A stretch of 64,000 nucleotides of DNA from a virus: positions 1-64,000 of IMG/VR virus record IMGVR_UViG_3300032050_013007, one strand, 5' to 3'. The translations under genes were made by a program, and so were the position numbers. How positions within the stretch are numbered: position 1 is the first letter of the stretch; every line of letters begins with the position of its first letter. Under the pieces are notes generated by a model. It was given only the letters and a program-made list of their open reading frames with translations, was not told the origin of the DNA and made no database searches. Below, piece by piece: positions 30,501-39,235 of the stretch.

Positions 30501-32530
30501 CGCAATTGATGCGCCGCAAATGTCTTATTAGGGTTACACACACCACCAACGTACGCAATACTTTTTCTAGAACTACCGGTACTGGGCCAATTACCTGTTA
30601 ATAACATTGCAATATCTCCATTAAAGGTGATATTATTATTAAGATAATAATCTCTATAGTTACTTAGAAAACAATTATTTGATGTTGTTGCAGTACATCC
30701 GCAACAATAACGGTACGGAGAAGCTCCACTTGTCCAAATCTTAAGCTCATTTAAAGTAACACTTATTCCATCGGCCGCAAATACTGATGCGACTGAGTTA
30801 AACATTGATGTAACCCAACTAACTGTAGTACTTTCTGTACCGTAATATAAAAAAATATCATAGTCACATTCCCAAAAACACTTAACATTTTTTGTAGCAA
30901 CTGTGGTTACATATGAATTTAAATTATTAGGGTCTATATTTTCTAAAATTATGTTATCTAAATTATTTGAAACTAAATCCCCAGCAGGAGAAAAATAACT
31001 TAGTACATCTTCTTGATTATCAACTACGGAACAGTCAAAGTTTATTGGTTCATAATTTTCTAAACAATGGTGAGTATCTCCGCTAATATTGTTTACATCA
31101 ATTTTCATAGTACCATCGGCAATCAAACCGCTAATACCATCTTTAGTAAAAATTATTGAGGCATTTGAATCCTGTTTACCCTCGATAATACCGTCATAGT
31201 ATTCTCCTAACTCAACATCTAAAATTTCTCCAAATTCATTGGTAACTCTAAAAGAATCCGATAATATCTTCTTTCTAACTAAATTTAATTTAACACTATA
31301 ATCTTTAACGGGTAACTCGACACTCAATTTTTTAGGTTTATCCGTTAATACGGATTCTAAAAATTTTTTATTAGTTTCAAAAACAGAGTTACCGTGAATT
31401 TTACTAATTAATTGTACTTCCTCTAAAATAACTAAATCAGTTGTATTACCAGTACTACAAGTGTGTTTCTTACATTCCCAACCACATGTTTGACAAGTAT
31501 CTACGCAAGTATCACATATTGATGTTGGTTGACAACCACAATTAATTTGTTTTGATAATACACCACCGCAAATATCACAACCATAATTAACATGAGGGTC
31601 ATGAATATCGTTTTCTGACCTTGGAGGATAAACATATATACATCTTCCATTTGTAAAATTATTTCCACAACAAGAACAAGTTTCAATACATGTTAACTCA
31701 GAAGTCACCCTTGAGTATCCGGTGAATGTTGTTGGGCTTCCGTCCGCATGGTGATAAAATTTATTTTCAGCTCTAGCACCCAAATAAAAAAATATGTTTT
31801 TATTATTAGGGTATATTTGATTTAAAGTAGTCTCTCCTGAATTGGGTGAATATTCATCAAACAATCTAGGTTTTAAAATCATCTCAACAGTCCAACCTTT
31901 ATTTACTCTTTCAGGTAAAATGTCGTAATCATATCCAAATAATTTATAAAATCCTTGATAGAATCCACCATATAGTTCATGATAATAACCCGCGTAATCA
32001 TCCCTTTTAGTTACTACTTCATATAGAACTTTCTCATTAAATCCTGAAAATCTAAAGTTTGGTAAATCAGTATTTGATTTAACCTGAAACATTTTAAATC
32101 TTCTATCAAAATGATTTCTACTAAATTTAATACTTGAATTAAAAATACCATTGGTAAAATAAATTGTTTGGTCGGTCATACCGGTCACCAAACCGTTATC
32201 AATACCCGTCAAACCAATATCACAGGTTGAACCTGATAATATACAATTTAAATCCTCATCTTCAGGATTATAATAATTTTGAGAAACAAAAATATTATAT
32301 GGGTTATATACTCCATAATATAAGGTAATATCTTGTACAGTATTGGTATCATTTATATCAATATAAATTGGTAACTTATTACCATAAGTTTGAGCAATTA
32401 GATAAGGAGAGAATACTACCTCTTGATTAAACCCCGTTTCATCGGAAGTTAAAGAGATATCTGTAAAATCCAAAGTGAATTTAGGGTACAGATTTGGATA
32501 TACGTATTGATTAATATTCTGCCTCGCCAT
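24515..32530 (-). CDS. Giant 2671-aa putative virion protein: Cys-rich/LamG-like scaffold, M12 reprolysin-like zinc metalloprotease, mucin-like Thr/Pro tracts
   Basis: HEIGHNFTSYH (~30359-30391) with TIMSY Met-turn; RLKIYING...GGISQFRFY..PLSAPEV (LamG-like); four T/P-rich tracts. Confidence 0.7.
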   Translation of the reverse strand: MARQNINQYVYPNLYPKFTLDFTDISLTSDETGFNQEVVFSPYLIAQTYGNKLPIYIDINDTNTVQDITLYYGVYNPYNIFVSQNYYNPEDEDLNCILSGSTCDIGLTGIDNGLVTGMTDQTIYFTNGIFNSSIKFSRNHFDRRFKMFQVKSNTDLPNFRFSGFNEKVLYEVVTKRDDYAGYYHELYGGFYQGFYKLFGYDYDILPERVNKGWTVEMILKPRLFDEYSPNSGETTLNQIYPNNKNIFFYLGARAENKFYHHADGSPTTFTGYSRVTSELTCIETCSCCGNNFTNGRCIYVYPPRSENDIHDPHVNYGCDICGGVLSKQINCGCQPTSICDTCVDTCQTCGWECKKHTCSTGNTTDLVILEEVQLISKIHGNSVFETNKKFLESVLTDKPKKLSVELPVKDYSVKLNLVRKKILSDSFRVTNEFGEILDVELGEYYDGIIEGKQDSNASIIFTKDGISGLIADGTMKIDVNNISGDTHHCLENYEPINFDCSVVDNQEDVLSYFSPAGDLVSNNLDNIILENIDPNNLNSYVTTVATKNVKCFWECDYDIFLYYGTESTTVSWVTSMFNSVASVFAADGISVTLNELKIWTSGASPYRYCCGCTATTSNNCFLSNYRDYYLNNNITFNGDIAMLLTGNWPSTGSSRKSIAYVGGVCNPNKTFAAHQLRLTSTTPGTPPPEGYVTNFGSNPYYNSNNCWNVAAAVHEIGHNFTSYHTFASNWNCSFTSASTTTYGNCCLDCCDGGTGSNCDCTTSILNPAGQGCISSGATIMSYGNTMQFILGPQPQRRMVDYINGLSCLGSIVTQTPTPTNTPTKTITPTYTTPTPTKPTPTPTQTSNSPCLKIYDVALPFTSTTVINNVSFVRTSTNTYSPSAQFSFVSFNCTSITTVAAQPSIIPNGGLYGNYTMSSSTQLSSITFEFSNLQNADILTFSANSGTTTASLCGGCCGLQYSQNQISGGLQCASIPNGDGGQVRILVTSSIPFDQINLSIQTPGNNGWVKVFRINNFSIPSISITPTQTITQTQTSVTPTPTSTLTTPTPTPTPTRTQTKTPTLTKTPTLTKVTPTPTRTQTKTPTLTKTPTLTKVTPTPTRTQTKTPTLTKVTPTPTRTSTQTPTPTRTLTKTPTLTKVTPTPTTTITNTTNLSLSQTPTTTITPTITNTKTSTPITTPSQTPTTNITLTNTPTTTLTPTTTITKTITPTTTLTPTNTPSIPSLLDCNCVRFFNTGSTNSVTVTYQPCQLISPPIQQSIVAGGVLQACVSSNLYTASTSFAVSVGSCDVNGCPNTTIDSCAIVAVDTQTGLIYTYNYSSNTITYLNIGTRLSSSQSIAITNNFIFVRGSGVIRKFSYSNSPTFSGTNVANYTYSSGISNAATSPIFAIDDETIVTFNNSNQLIRVTLTSSTITSTTILFSLPTGRIPNGSLLYTTGGKYLILSRNNVLSKTYLTQYNFSGGSEAEIDITSINSTINSGNLFVYNNELYLQRKSTPPSTFRITFPNTITQVYSNGPIVSEGFSQIQSCINLGLLNSSSFNLLADYSSGSFIAEFKIVSDSIQQTNTIITFTNLLPKLNGEITTINSSITISAGTISGSTKVVIDDEYSDYVGVSEFTNIVIYSEEVFSYSISTEFEFEKTVEVEYSIENTCESDPKWDALSNNIAFRLCGEPNNPQIGVRVLRFTGGCETTGTCSNSGVSYTTGYTVIDYCSPPIYPYCESINPAYLDEEHWFQVDFVWERYTWLDVCDLYYRGGLGDITEKQLLQSLANNSVALISPPYTRGTEDLEVEIVQLNEKWLIDEHYRKGRLKIYINGRIFYTIEDFEEIIPRALNTDKEKQIGVPFNMSWGGGTQGLRENLTFISCSGKTGPYQQDPECLPTVDLTGTTLSGLTTNILLEQNFAGTFEGGISQFRFYVEPLSAPEVKHNFQLRSTQFRMFNPDCPDCKVSACTPSDFEFVVIPTTPTPTPTMTITSTVTQTNTQTNTQTPTNTKTPNQTPTQTITNTITRTNDITPTVTPTVTKTPTVTKTQTSTAEPTNTQTKTPTVTPTNTKTPTATTTQTTTVEPTKTQTKTPTQTNTPTPTYIPYEPIAISPAPTKTPAKTPASTPTLTQTVTITKTVTRTLDPTKTPDKTPLPSPTTTVTNTSSHTPTLTIGLTNTPTPTITKTPTNTVTLTQTKTQTNTPEPTKTQTKTPTKTPTLTPTNTITPTVTKTNIPERAPESPTPTNTGTKTPTPTKTPTKTIEPTNTPTNTITPTKSMASTPTVTKTPTNSVEVTKTPTNTITPTKTTTSTPMVTKTPTKTIEPTKTLTPTNTITQTLTKSIAATKTPTPTYTPTNSITPSVTITKTQTPTKTQTPSISVSITPSNTITKTPTITPTKTKTPTPTKTSVCCTTWYLYAGGSSQPQTFEIVYCDSSTGSVSLTGTESYTVSCASSVVRTTGVSGTITSNPGCICSSSTPTQTPTQTNTPTNTVTKTITPTKTITPTNTKTPTVTLTNTKTPTVTPTNTKTPTVTRTQTPTKTITKTPTNTPTKTPECNLSPAQYISGFTGISIINPINGTTFACKSFPGAALLLPCWEAWWCAGANQAQVQYATGYPTGIIDLYQTPSTRVYAQPNCVCAYPFNNPQLLFVTDYDLLAGTGIYFSCTTTCELKPSNSFGPLFPSDCSTGPGI
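24930..26660 (-). repeat. Thr/Pro-rich low-complexity repeats (TPTNTKTPT-type), interrupted by a Cys module
   Basis: Roughly 500 codons dominated by T/P/K/N. Confidence 0.9.
28870..29470 (-). repeat. Thr/Pro tract with near-perfect 69-bp tandem units
   Basis: TPTPTRTQTKTPTLTKTPTLTKV repeated at DNA level (~29100-29380). Confidence 0.9.
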
Positions 32531-32540
32531 ACTTTTTCAA

Positions 32541-32567
32541 ATAAATACCTTGTTTCAAAGTATTTAT
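32541..32567. promoter_or_regulatory. Back-to-back TATTTAT motifs (divergent putative late promoters)
   Basis: ATAAATA 32541-32547 faces the - strand giant gene; TATTTAT 32561-32567 faces the + strand ATG at 32580. Confidence 0.6.
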
Positions 32568-32579
32568 TTAATAAAAACT

Positions 32580-33425
32580 ATGATAAGTTATAACAAAGAA
32601 TACTTTAAGAACAATATGTATTTCTTCTTGAAAGATAGGGGAGATAAAATTTCTTTGTACTATTCAATTGCAGATAATTTAGTGGAATCTAGAAAAAAAG
32701 ATGAAAAAAAAGATTTCAATAAAAAAGACGAAAAAAAATTAAAATCAATTATCCATAAATTTTTAAATTCACCTAAAAAAGTATCTAAAAAAGAAATAGA
32801 TAAAGAACTTAATGATGTTGAAAACGATGGAGAAATGAATGAACTTATCGATATTGATGGTACGTTCCTGAATTCAAAAGTACCTTTTTTAGATATGAAA
32901 CAACACCCTAGAAAAACTATGGACCAAACAGTTTCTATGTCAAGAGTAACTAATGACCCAGTAACTAGAGGTTATCGTGTTTATTGGGGTGAGGGTGAGG
33001 AAAAGGATGATAACGTTGTTAGTGAGGTTGACTACTCAGACGCATTTGGATATGAAGAAACAAAGGATAAAGATTATAAGGACACTGTTAAAATATTGAA
33101 AAAAATGGGTTCTGATAATGCCGAGGAAAGAGCAGTTGAGATGGGTAAGAGCCCTAAACTAGATAAGAAGAGAAAGAAAGGCGCTTTTGTTAGACAAAGA
33201 TTATCAGAAAAAGATACAATTGAAGAAGAACAGAAAAAAGCTATGATGAAGATGGTTGAGGATATATTGGCCAAAAAATCAAAGGACTCTTCCGATGTCG
33301 TTAGTAAAAACGAAACACCTATTAGTAAAATCTTAATGAAAAATTTACAGTCAATTAAAAAATTGGCGGAGCGTGAAGGAATTAATATAAATCAACTTAT
33401 TAAAGCTCTTAAATCAAGTGAATAA
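32580..33425 (+). CDS. Hypothetical charged protein (possible head internal/scaffold protein)
   Basis: K/E/D-rich; ATG 32580 preferred over TTG 32550; several hydrophobic-X-E sites. Confidence 0.55.
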   Translation: MISYNKEYFKNNMYFFLKDRGDKISLYYSIADNLVESRKKDEKKDFNKKDEKKLKSIIHKFLNSPKKVSKKEIDKELNDVENDGEMNELIDIDGTFLNSKVPFLDMKQHPRKTMDQTVSMSRVTNDPVTRGYRVYWGEGEEKDDNVVSEVDYSDAFGYEETKDKDYKDTVKILKKMGSDNAEERAVEMGKSPKLDKKRKKGAFVRQRLSEKDTIEEEQKKAMMKMVEDILAKKSKDSSDVVSKNETPISKILMKNLQSIKKLAEREGININQLIKALKSSE

Positions 33426-33888
33426 AGACCTATACGGAAAAAAAGTACCATTACCAGAGGATGTCCTAATTTATCTAGGTCAATGTCACGACGCTGCGGT
33501 TGGGGCTGACGACTCAACCGAAGGGTATAAAAGAAATAAGGAATTAAGAGATAGTGGAGAAGTAACCTACCAACAATTAAAAAGAATGAAAAATTTCTTC
33601 GATAGTTTTAATGGTCATGAGAACGATTTACCATTTATTTTAAATGGTGGTCACTATGTTAAAGGTTGGGTCGATAAAACACTGGGTTCGATGAGAGACG
33701 GAGTTGATTTGGGTAAAGAAGTAAAATCTGAAGTTTTACCTAATCAATACATTGCTCCTCACGAAAAAGAAGGTCTAAAAAATATAAATAGGCCAAGTAA
33801 AAGTCATAGTACGAACGCAGACCAATATAATTTGGAAATAACCGAGAATTTAAAAAGAATAAATGATTTAATTAAAAAAATAATATAA
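33418..33888 (+). CDS. Hypothetical protein
   Basis: 156 aa, overlapping GTG start; C-terminal ITENLKRINDLIKKII. Confidence 0.6.
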   Translation: MNKDLYGKKVPLPEDVLIYLGQCHDAAVGADDSTEGYKRNKELRDSGEVTYQQLKRMKNFFDSFNGHENDLPFILNGGHYVKGWVDKTLGSMRDGVDLGKEVKSEVLPNQYIAPHEKEGLKNINRPSKSHSTNADQYNLEITENLKRINDLIKKII

Positions 33889-33889
33889 C

Positions 33890-34186
33890 ATGGCACAGAG
33901 AGAACCTTTAAATTTTGAGCAACCGAATAATGAGTTGTCACAAATTGCCGAAATGGAAAGAAGAAAACTTCTACCTAAAAACGATTTTATTAAAGACGCT
34001 AATGAATATTCATCAGTTAATAAAGATGCAATTGCCGATGGTGACTCCTATGGTAAAGGAACTGGAATATTTTTAGATGTCTATAATCAACAAGCGGGGG
34101 CTATTCAAGATATCTTAGAAAGAAAGGCTGAGATAGTTATTAACGAATATAAAGCCAATAATCCTTACACAACACCTAGTGCATAA
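33890..34186 (+). CDS. Hypothetical protein
   Basis: 98 aa in a tightly coupled operon. Confidence 0.6.
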   Translation: MAQREPLNFEQPNNELSQIAEMERRKLLPKNDFIKDANEYSSVNKDAIADGDSYGKGTGIFLDVYNQQAGAIQDILERKAEIVINEYKANNPYTTPSA

Positions 34187-34581
34187 TGAAACTTACGGAA
34201 ACCGTAAAATCATTAATATTAGAAGTCGCATCAATCGATTCGATTGTTGATGCAATTAAGAAAAAAAATAAAGTAATTATTTACTACGATGGGGATGAGC
34301 CAGGTGGTCGTGGTTTGAGACAAATAGAACCTGTTTGTTTTGGTTATAGTAAAGCGGATAATCCTGTTTTAAGAGCATGGGATGAGGAAGGAGCTTCTCA
34401 TACGGGATATAAGGGCGAACAACCTTTACCAGGTTGGAGATTATTCAGGGTTGATAAAATATTATCATTCAAACAAACAGGAGAAAAATTTAATACCGCG
34501 AGACCTGGTTATAATAATTCGGGAGATAAAAGTATGTTAAAAGTTATAATTAACGCTTCATTTGGCCCGGAACAACCTTAA
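34186..34581 (+). CDS. Stand-alone WYL-domain protein
   Basis: IIYY...RQIEPVCFG...LRAW...WRLFRVDKI. Confidence 0.75.
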   Translation: MKLTETVKSLILEVASIDSIVDAIKKKNKVIIYYDGDEPGGRGLRQIEPVCFGYSKADNPVLRAWDEEGASHTGYKGEQPLPGWRLFRVDKILSFKQTGEKFNTARPGYNNSGDKSMLKVIINASFGPEQP

Positions 34582-34592
34582 ATTTTATTATT

Positions 34593-35186
34593 ATGACAAA
34601 CGAAAATGATTTAATGAGAAAACTTATGATATCCAAACAGATAATGGATAAACATAGAGAATTACCTAGAAATACTAACGGAGATATTGGTTCAATATCC
34701 GAACAAAGAATTATGGCACCTGATTTACAAAATTTTGAATCGCCAAACGCCTCTTATAATATCCCACAAGAATTTATGCAGGAAAACGCCGCAACAAAAA
34801 TCCCAAAGTATGTTAATTCAAGTGACCGAATTATGTCGTCAAAATTACCTGACGCAATCAAACAACTGATGATTGAACATCCAATTAACCAACCAAATTC
34901 AATGTCAGGACCTACTTTGTCTGATGAGTTAGTTGAAAAAGCAGCAAGATTGATGGGAACTAGTGGCCAACAGACTCAAGAAAATACAATTCAAAGACCA
35001 ATACAAAAACAAACTGTTTCTGACAATAAAGAATTTAGACAAATGTTAAAGGAAGTTGTTAAAGAAGTACTATCTGAAAATGGTGTTATTGTCGAATCTA
35101 CTTCGAAATCAAATGATGTTTTTTCTTTTAAAGTAGGAAAACATATATTTGAAGGTAAAGTCACGAAAGTAAAAAAACTACAGTAA
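34593..35186 (+). CDS. Hypothetical protein
   Basis: 197 aa, last gene before a terminator. Confidence 0.6.
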   Translation: MTNENDLMRKLMISKQIMDKHRELPRNTNGDIGSISEQRIMAPDLQNFESPNASYNIPQEFMQENAATKIPKYVNSSDRIMSSKLPDAIKQLMIEHPINQPNSMSGPTLSDELVEKAARLMGTSGQQTQENTIQRPIQKQTVSDNKEFRQMLKEVVKEVLSENGVIVESTSKSNDVFSFKVGKHIFEGKVTKVKKLQ

Positions 35187-35190
35187 AATT

Positions 35191-35219
35191 AACCCCTCAA
35201 ATGAGGGGTTTTTTGTTTT
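35191..35219 (+). terminator. Intrinsic terminator
   Basis: AACCCCTCA-AA-TGAGGGGTT followed by a T-tract. Confidence 0.8.
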
Positions 35220-35225
35220 ACATGG

Positions 35226-35254
35226 TTGATATTCTTTGTTTTTTGGTTTATAAT
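35226..35254 (+). promoter_or_regulatory. Sigma70-like promoter of glycosylation cluster 2
   Basis: TTGATA-N17-TATAAT, 20 nt before the ATG at 35275, just after a terminator. Confidence 0.55.
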
Positions 35255-35274
35255 TTTCACATATTATTTTAATT

Positions 35275-36495
35275 ATGAGTCAAAAAATTAATGTTTTAGT
35301 TCTTCCATCGGATAAAACCGGTGTTGGTAAGTTTAGGTCAACTGACCCACATGTTATGCTACAAAACATGTACCCCGATGATTTCCATGTTGATATCGAT
35401 TATGAACCAAAAATAAATGATGTTAGTTACTGGAAAAAATATCAAATAGTCCATGTCCATAGAAATATAGGTAATGATTACTCAGGTAATCCAGCAATAA
35501 TTAATTTTATAAAATCATTAGGAATTCAAGTCGTTGTAGATTTAGATGATTATTGGTTACCTACTATTGAACACCCTATCCATCATTTAATTCTACAAAA
35601 TAAAATACATGAGAGGATTATGGATAATTTAAAAGTTGCAAGTTATGTAACAACAACGACTACTGTTTTTGCCGATGAAATAAAAAAATTAAACAAAAAT
35701 GTGGTTGTTTTTCCGAATGCAATTGACCCTAATGAACCACAATTTAAACAAAAAACTGAAGAGTCAGATAGAATCAGAATTGGGTGGCTCGGTGGGTCAT
35801 CCCACTTACATGATTTAATGTTACTTGATGGATTTGTTCAAAAAAACGGTAAAGAAATTAACGATAAAATTCAGTATGTTCTTTGCGGGTTCGACACTAG
35901 AGGAACAATGACTGAGATTAACAAAGAAACAGGAGAACAAAAACAAAGGCCCATTTTACCACACGAAACCGTTTGGGCGAGATATGAAGAAATTTTTACA
36001 GACAAGTATTCTATTATAGATGAAGACTATAAAAAGTTCCTTTTAAATTTTGAGGAGTTATCCTTTCCTTCCGAAAAAGAATTACCTTATCGACGAGTAT
36101 GGACAAAACCTGTTACATCATATGCTATGAACTATTCTAAACTTGATGTTTCACTAGCACCGATTAAAAATCATGTATTCAATAGAATGAAATCTCAACT
36201 AAAGGTTATTGAGGCGGGATTTTATAAAAAGGCTTTAATCGCATCAGATATTGGTCCTTATAGTATTGATTTAAAACATTGTTTGAAAAATGGTGAATTT
36301 GTTGATGGGAACGCTTTATTAGTTGATGAACATAGAAATCATAGTGACTGGTCCAAGTTCATTAAGAAATTAGTTAATAACCCTAACTTGATAACCGATA
36401 TGGGTGAAAGATTGTATGAAACAGTAAAAGACACGTATGATTTGAGAAATGTTACTAAAGCAAGAGCGGAGTGGTATAAAACAATTGTAAAATGA
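35275..36495 (+). CDS. GT-B (GT4-like) glycosyltransferase
   Basis: VVDLDDYW, PNAID, IGWLGGSSH..DL, LAPI...FNRMKSQLKVIEAG. Confidence 0.8.
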   Translation: MSQKINVLVLPSDKTGVGKFRSTDPHVMLQNMYPDDFHVDIDYEPKINDVSYWKKYQIVHVHRNIGNDYSGNPAIINFIKSLGIQVVVDLDDYWLPTIEHPIHHLILQNKIHERIMDNLKVASYVTTTTTVFADEIKKLNKNVVVFPNAIDPNEPQFKQKTEESDRIRIGWLGGSSHLHDLMLLDGFVQKNGKEINDKIQYVLCGFDTRGTMTEINKETGEQKQRPILPHETVWARYEEIFTDKYSIIDEDYKKFLLNFEELSFPSEKELPYRRVWTKPVTSYAMNYSKLDVSLAPIKNHVFNRMKSQLKVIEAGFYKKALIASDIGPYSIDLKHCLKNGEFVDGNALLVDEHRNHSDWSKFIKKLVNNPNLITDMGERLYETVKDTYDLRNVTKARAEWYKTIVK

Positions 36496-37220
36496 TAAAA
36501 ATACCTTTAACCAAAATTTTATTTATTGATGTTGAAACTGTAGGGTGTTGTCCTGACTTCGCTAGTTGTCAGGCTCTTAATCCTACTTTGGCAACTCAAT
36601 TTATTAATTACTATGATTGGTTTTTAAAAAGATTTCCTGAGGACGACACCGCGGTAAGTAATAGAGAACTGGCCGAAAAAAAACGAGACAGAATATTTGA
36701 GAAGAGGGCAACTTTAGTTCCTGAATTTGCAAAAATTGTTTGTGTAAGTGTGGCATTTGTTACGGATAATGGTGAAGTTAAGAAACAAACTTTCTCGGGA
36801 AAAGATGAACTTGAGGTGTTAAAAGGAGTTCAAAAACTTCTTGATAGATGTGGTAAATTGGATTTCTATTTGTGTGGTCACAATCTTAAAAATTTTGATA
36901 TCCCGATGATTGCTAAAAGAATGATAATCAATGGATTGATGCCACCTTCTATTTTACCTTCTTATGATACTAAACCGTGGGAGATTAAAGCTATTGACAC
37001 AAAAGAAATTTGGCAATATGGTTCGTATAGTTCAATAAGCTCTTTAGATTTACTTTGTTCTTGTATGGATATACCAACATCTAAAGATGGTGAAATAAGT
37101 GGTGATAAAGTTCACAACGCATATTGGTTTGAAGATAAACTTGATTTAATAACAGAATATTGTGAAAAGGATGTTTTGGTATTGATTGATATTATAAAAA
37201 AATTAAAGGAGTTACAATGA
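36492..37220 (+). CDS. DEDD 3'-5' exonuclease (PolB-exonuclease-like)
   Basis: FIDVET, GHNLKNFDIP, YCEKDV. Confidence 0.8.
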   Translation: MIKIPLTKILFIDVETVGCCPDFASCQALNPTLATQFINYYDWFLKRFPEDDTAVSNRELAEKKRDRIFEKRATLVPEFAKIVCVSVAFVTDNGEVKKQTFSGKDELEVLKGVQKLLDRCGKLDFYLCGHNLKNFDIPMIAKRMIINGLMPPSILPSYDTKPWEIKAIDTKEIWQYGSYSSISSLDLLCSCMDIPTSKDGEISGDKVHNAYWFEDKLDLITEYCEKDVLVLIDIIKKLKELQ

Positions 37221-37819
37221 TTGATTTAAATACAAACTTAAATTACTTAAAAGAAAATTCTGACAAGATTCGTGAGATGTTAGACGAAAACTTTGATGAT
37301 GATATGTTTGAAACAATTTTAAATGAAACGGGGATTGATATTAGGGAGTTTGATAAACAATTTGAAAACTATACTCCTAAAATTGAACTGAAATACAAGA
37401 AATTAAACCCTGACGCAAAACCCCCTTTTTATAATTACCCGTCCGATTCGGGTTTTGATTTATATGCAACTCAGACAGTTTATATTACAAAATTTGGAAG
37501 AGCGTTAGTTCCAACAGGATTGTCGTTTGACATCAAAGATGGATATGAAATTCAAGTAAGGTCAAAAAGTGGTCTTGCGATTAATCAAGGTCTTATGGTT
37601 TTAAATTCACCAGGGACTGTTGATAATGGTTATACAGGAGAAGTCCAAGTAATCATTTTTAACACTAATGATTTTATGGTTACAATTGAAAAGGGGACAA
37701 AGATTGGTCAAGCGGTTCTTTGTCCTGTGGCGAATGGAAAGTGGGTTGATTTACAAGAAACCACAGAAGAAATTAATAAAGATAGAAATGCCAATGGTTT
37801 TGGCTCAACAGGAATATGA
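37217..37819 (+). CDS. dut: dUTPase (trimeric) with acidic N-terminal extension
   Basis: SGFDL, RSKSGLA, GTVDNGYTGE, KIGQAV, RNANGFGSTG. Confidence 0.95.
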   Translation: MIDLNTNLNYLKENSDKIREMLDENFDDDMFETILNETGIDIREFDKQFENYTPKIELKYKKLNPDAKPPFYNYPSDSGFDLYATQTVYITKFGRALVPTGLSFDIKDGYEIQVRSKSGLAINQGLMVLNSPGTVDNGYTGEVQVIIFNTNDFMVTIEKGTKIGQAVLCPVANGKWVDLQETTEEINKDRNANGFGSTGI

Positions 37820-39234
37820 TTACAATAGGATATAGCACAAGAAAAACAAATCCCCAATACCAAGAAGTATTAAAAAAATCTTGCGGATTAAAAAATGTAG
37901 AAGTTATCGAGATTGTAAATGATGGTGTAATGTCGTTACCCGAGGCTTACAATAAAATACTTAAAGAGTCGTCGAATGATATCGTTGTTTTGTGTCACGA
38001 TGATTTGGAATTTGATACAAATAATTGGGGAAGTAAATTACTAAAACATTATACTAAACATTCTGAATATGGTATTATTGGTATGGCGGGTTCTAAGTAC
38101 TTACCTGAGAGTTCAAAGTGGTGGGAAATACCTCAAACAATGTATGGTATTGTAAATCATAAAAATGAAGGTAAAAAATGGACTAGCACTTATTCAAAAC
38201 ACATCAATAATAACATTGAAGAAGTTGTATTGATTGACGGTCTTTTTATGTCGTTGAATAAGAAAAAAATTAAACACAGCTTTGATGAGGAATTTAAAGG
38301 ATTTCATTTTTACGATTTATCTTTTTGTATTCCAAACCATTTAGATGGAGTTAAGATTGGGGTTGTTACCGACATCAGAATAACTCATCTTTCAATAGGT
38401 ATGACCAACGATAGTTGGGAAAATAATAGGGTATTCTTTTCTGAAAAGTTTAAGGAGAGTTTACCGTTAGACATTACAAATGATGGTGTTTGTGAAACAT
38501 TCATATTTTGTCACGACCAAGACATTATTTTAGATTATGAATCTTCAGGTAAATTTAATAATTTAAAAAAATACAGATATGTTTTTTTAGGTAATAGACC
38601 AACAGATAAGATTGATAATAATGACAACATTATAATCGCAAGGAATCTTGAGCATAACTTGGAGGAATATCCTAATATAAATGCATACACAGGATGGTAT
38701 GCGTTATGGAAAAACAATTTGATTACCACACCTTATGTTAATTTATTTGAATACGATGTTATTCTAAATAAAAATATTGAACAAGTAATGAGTAAATTAA
38801 TGTACGATGGTCAAAAAATGATTGGGTATATTCCTTTCCCATGTACAAATTACCATTTTATAGACAACAAGGATTGGGTTGCTGAGTTGTTTGACGCAAT
38901 TAAACAAGTTCATAAAATTGATTTAGAAAAAACTATTCGTCTTTACATGAAACAAAATCCTAATATGATTTGGTCTACGACTAGTAATTGTACTATGGAA
39001 GTATCATTTTTTAATGATTATATGAAATGGTTTGAGCCACTAGCTCAATTAATTAAAGGTTCAAAAACTGCGGGTCACGGACACGAAAGGTCAATGACTT
39101 TTTACTGTTTGATGTATAAACATACTCCATTTATAACACAAGGATTTATCAAACACTATCAAATGAATTCACATGGAACCCAAGACCACCATGTTGATTA
39201 TGAAAAAAACATAAAAGAATTAATAACAAATTAA
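37816..39234 (+). CDS. GT2-like glycosyltransferase with a second GT-like domain
   Basis: EAYN...VLCHDD...IDGLF...FDE.FKGFHFYD; C-half LFEYD and HER. Confidence 0.75.
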   Translation: MITIGYSTRKTNPQYQEVLKKSCGLKNVEVIEIVNDGVMSLPEAYNKILKESSNDIVVLCHDDLEFDTNNWGSKLLKHYTKHSEYGIIGMAGSKYLPESSKWWEIPQTMYGIVNHKNEGKKWTSTYSKHINNNIEEVVLIDGLFMSLNKKKIKHSFDEEFKGFHFYDLSFCIPNHLDGVKIGVVTDIRITHLSIGMTNDSWENNRVFFSEKFKESLPLDITNDGVCETFIFCHDQDIILDYESSGKFNNLKKYRYVFLGNRPTDKIDNNDNIIIARNLEHNLEEYPNINAYTGWYALWKNNLITTPYVNLFEYDVILNKNIEQVMSKLMYDGQKMIGYIPFPCTNYHFIDNKDWVAELFDAIKQVHKIDLEKTIRLYMKQNPNMIWSTTSNCTMEVSFFNDYMKWFEPLAQLIKGSKTAGHGHERSMTFYCLMYKHTPFITQGFIKHYQMNSHGTQDHHVDYEKNIKELITN

Positions 39235-39235
39235 A

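Noticed and set aside
27590-31450. Intein as the explanation for the central insertion in the giant protein
   Set aside because: No HN/C-S-T splice junction or LAGLIDADG motifs recognised; the insert is protease plus repeats
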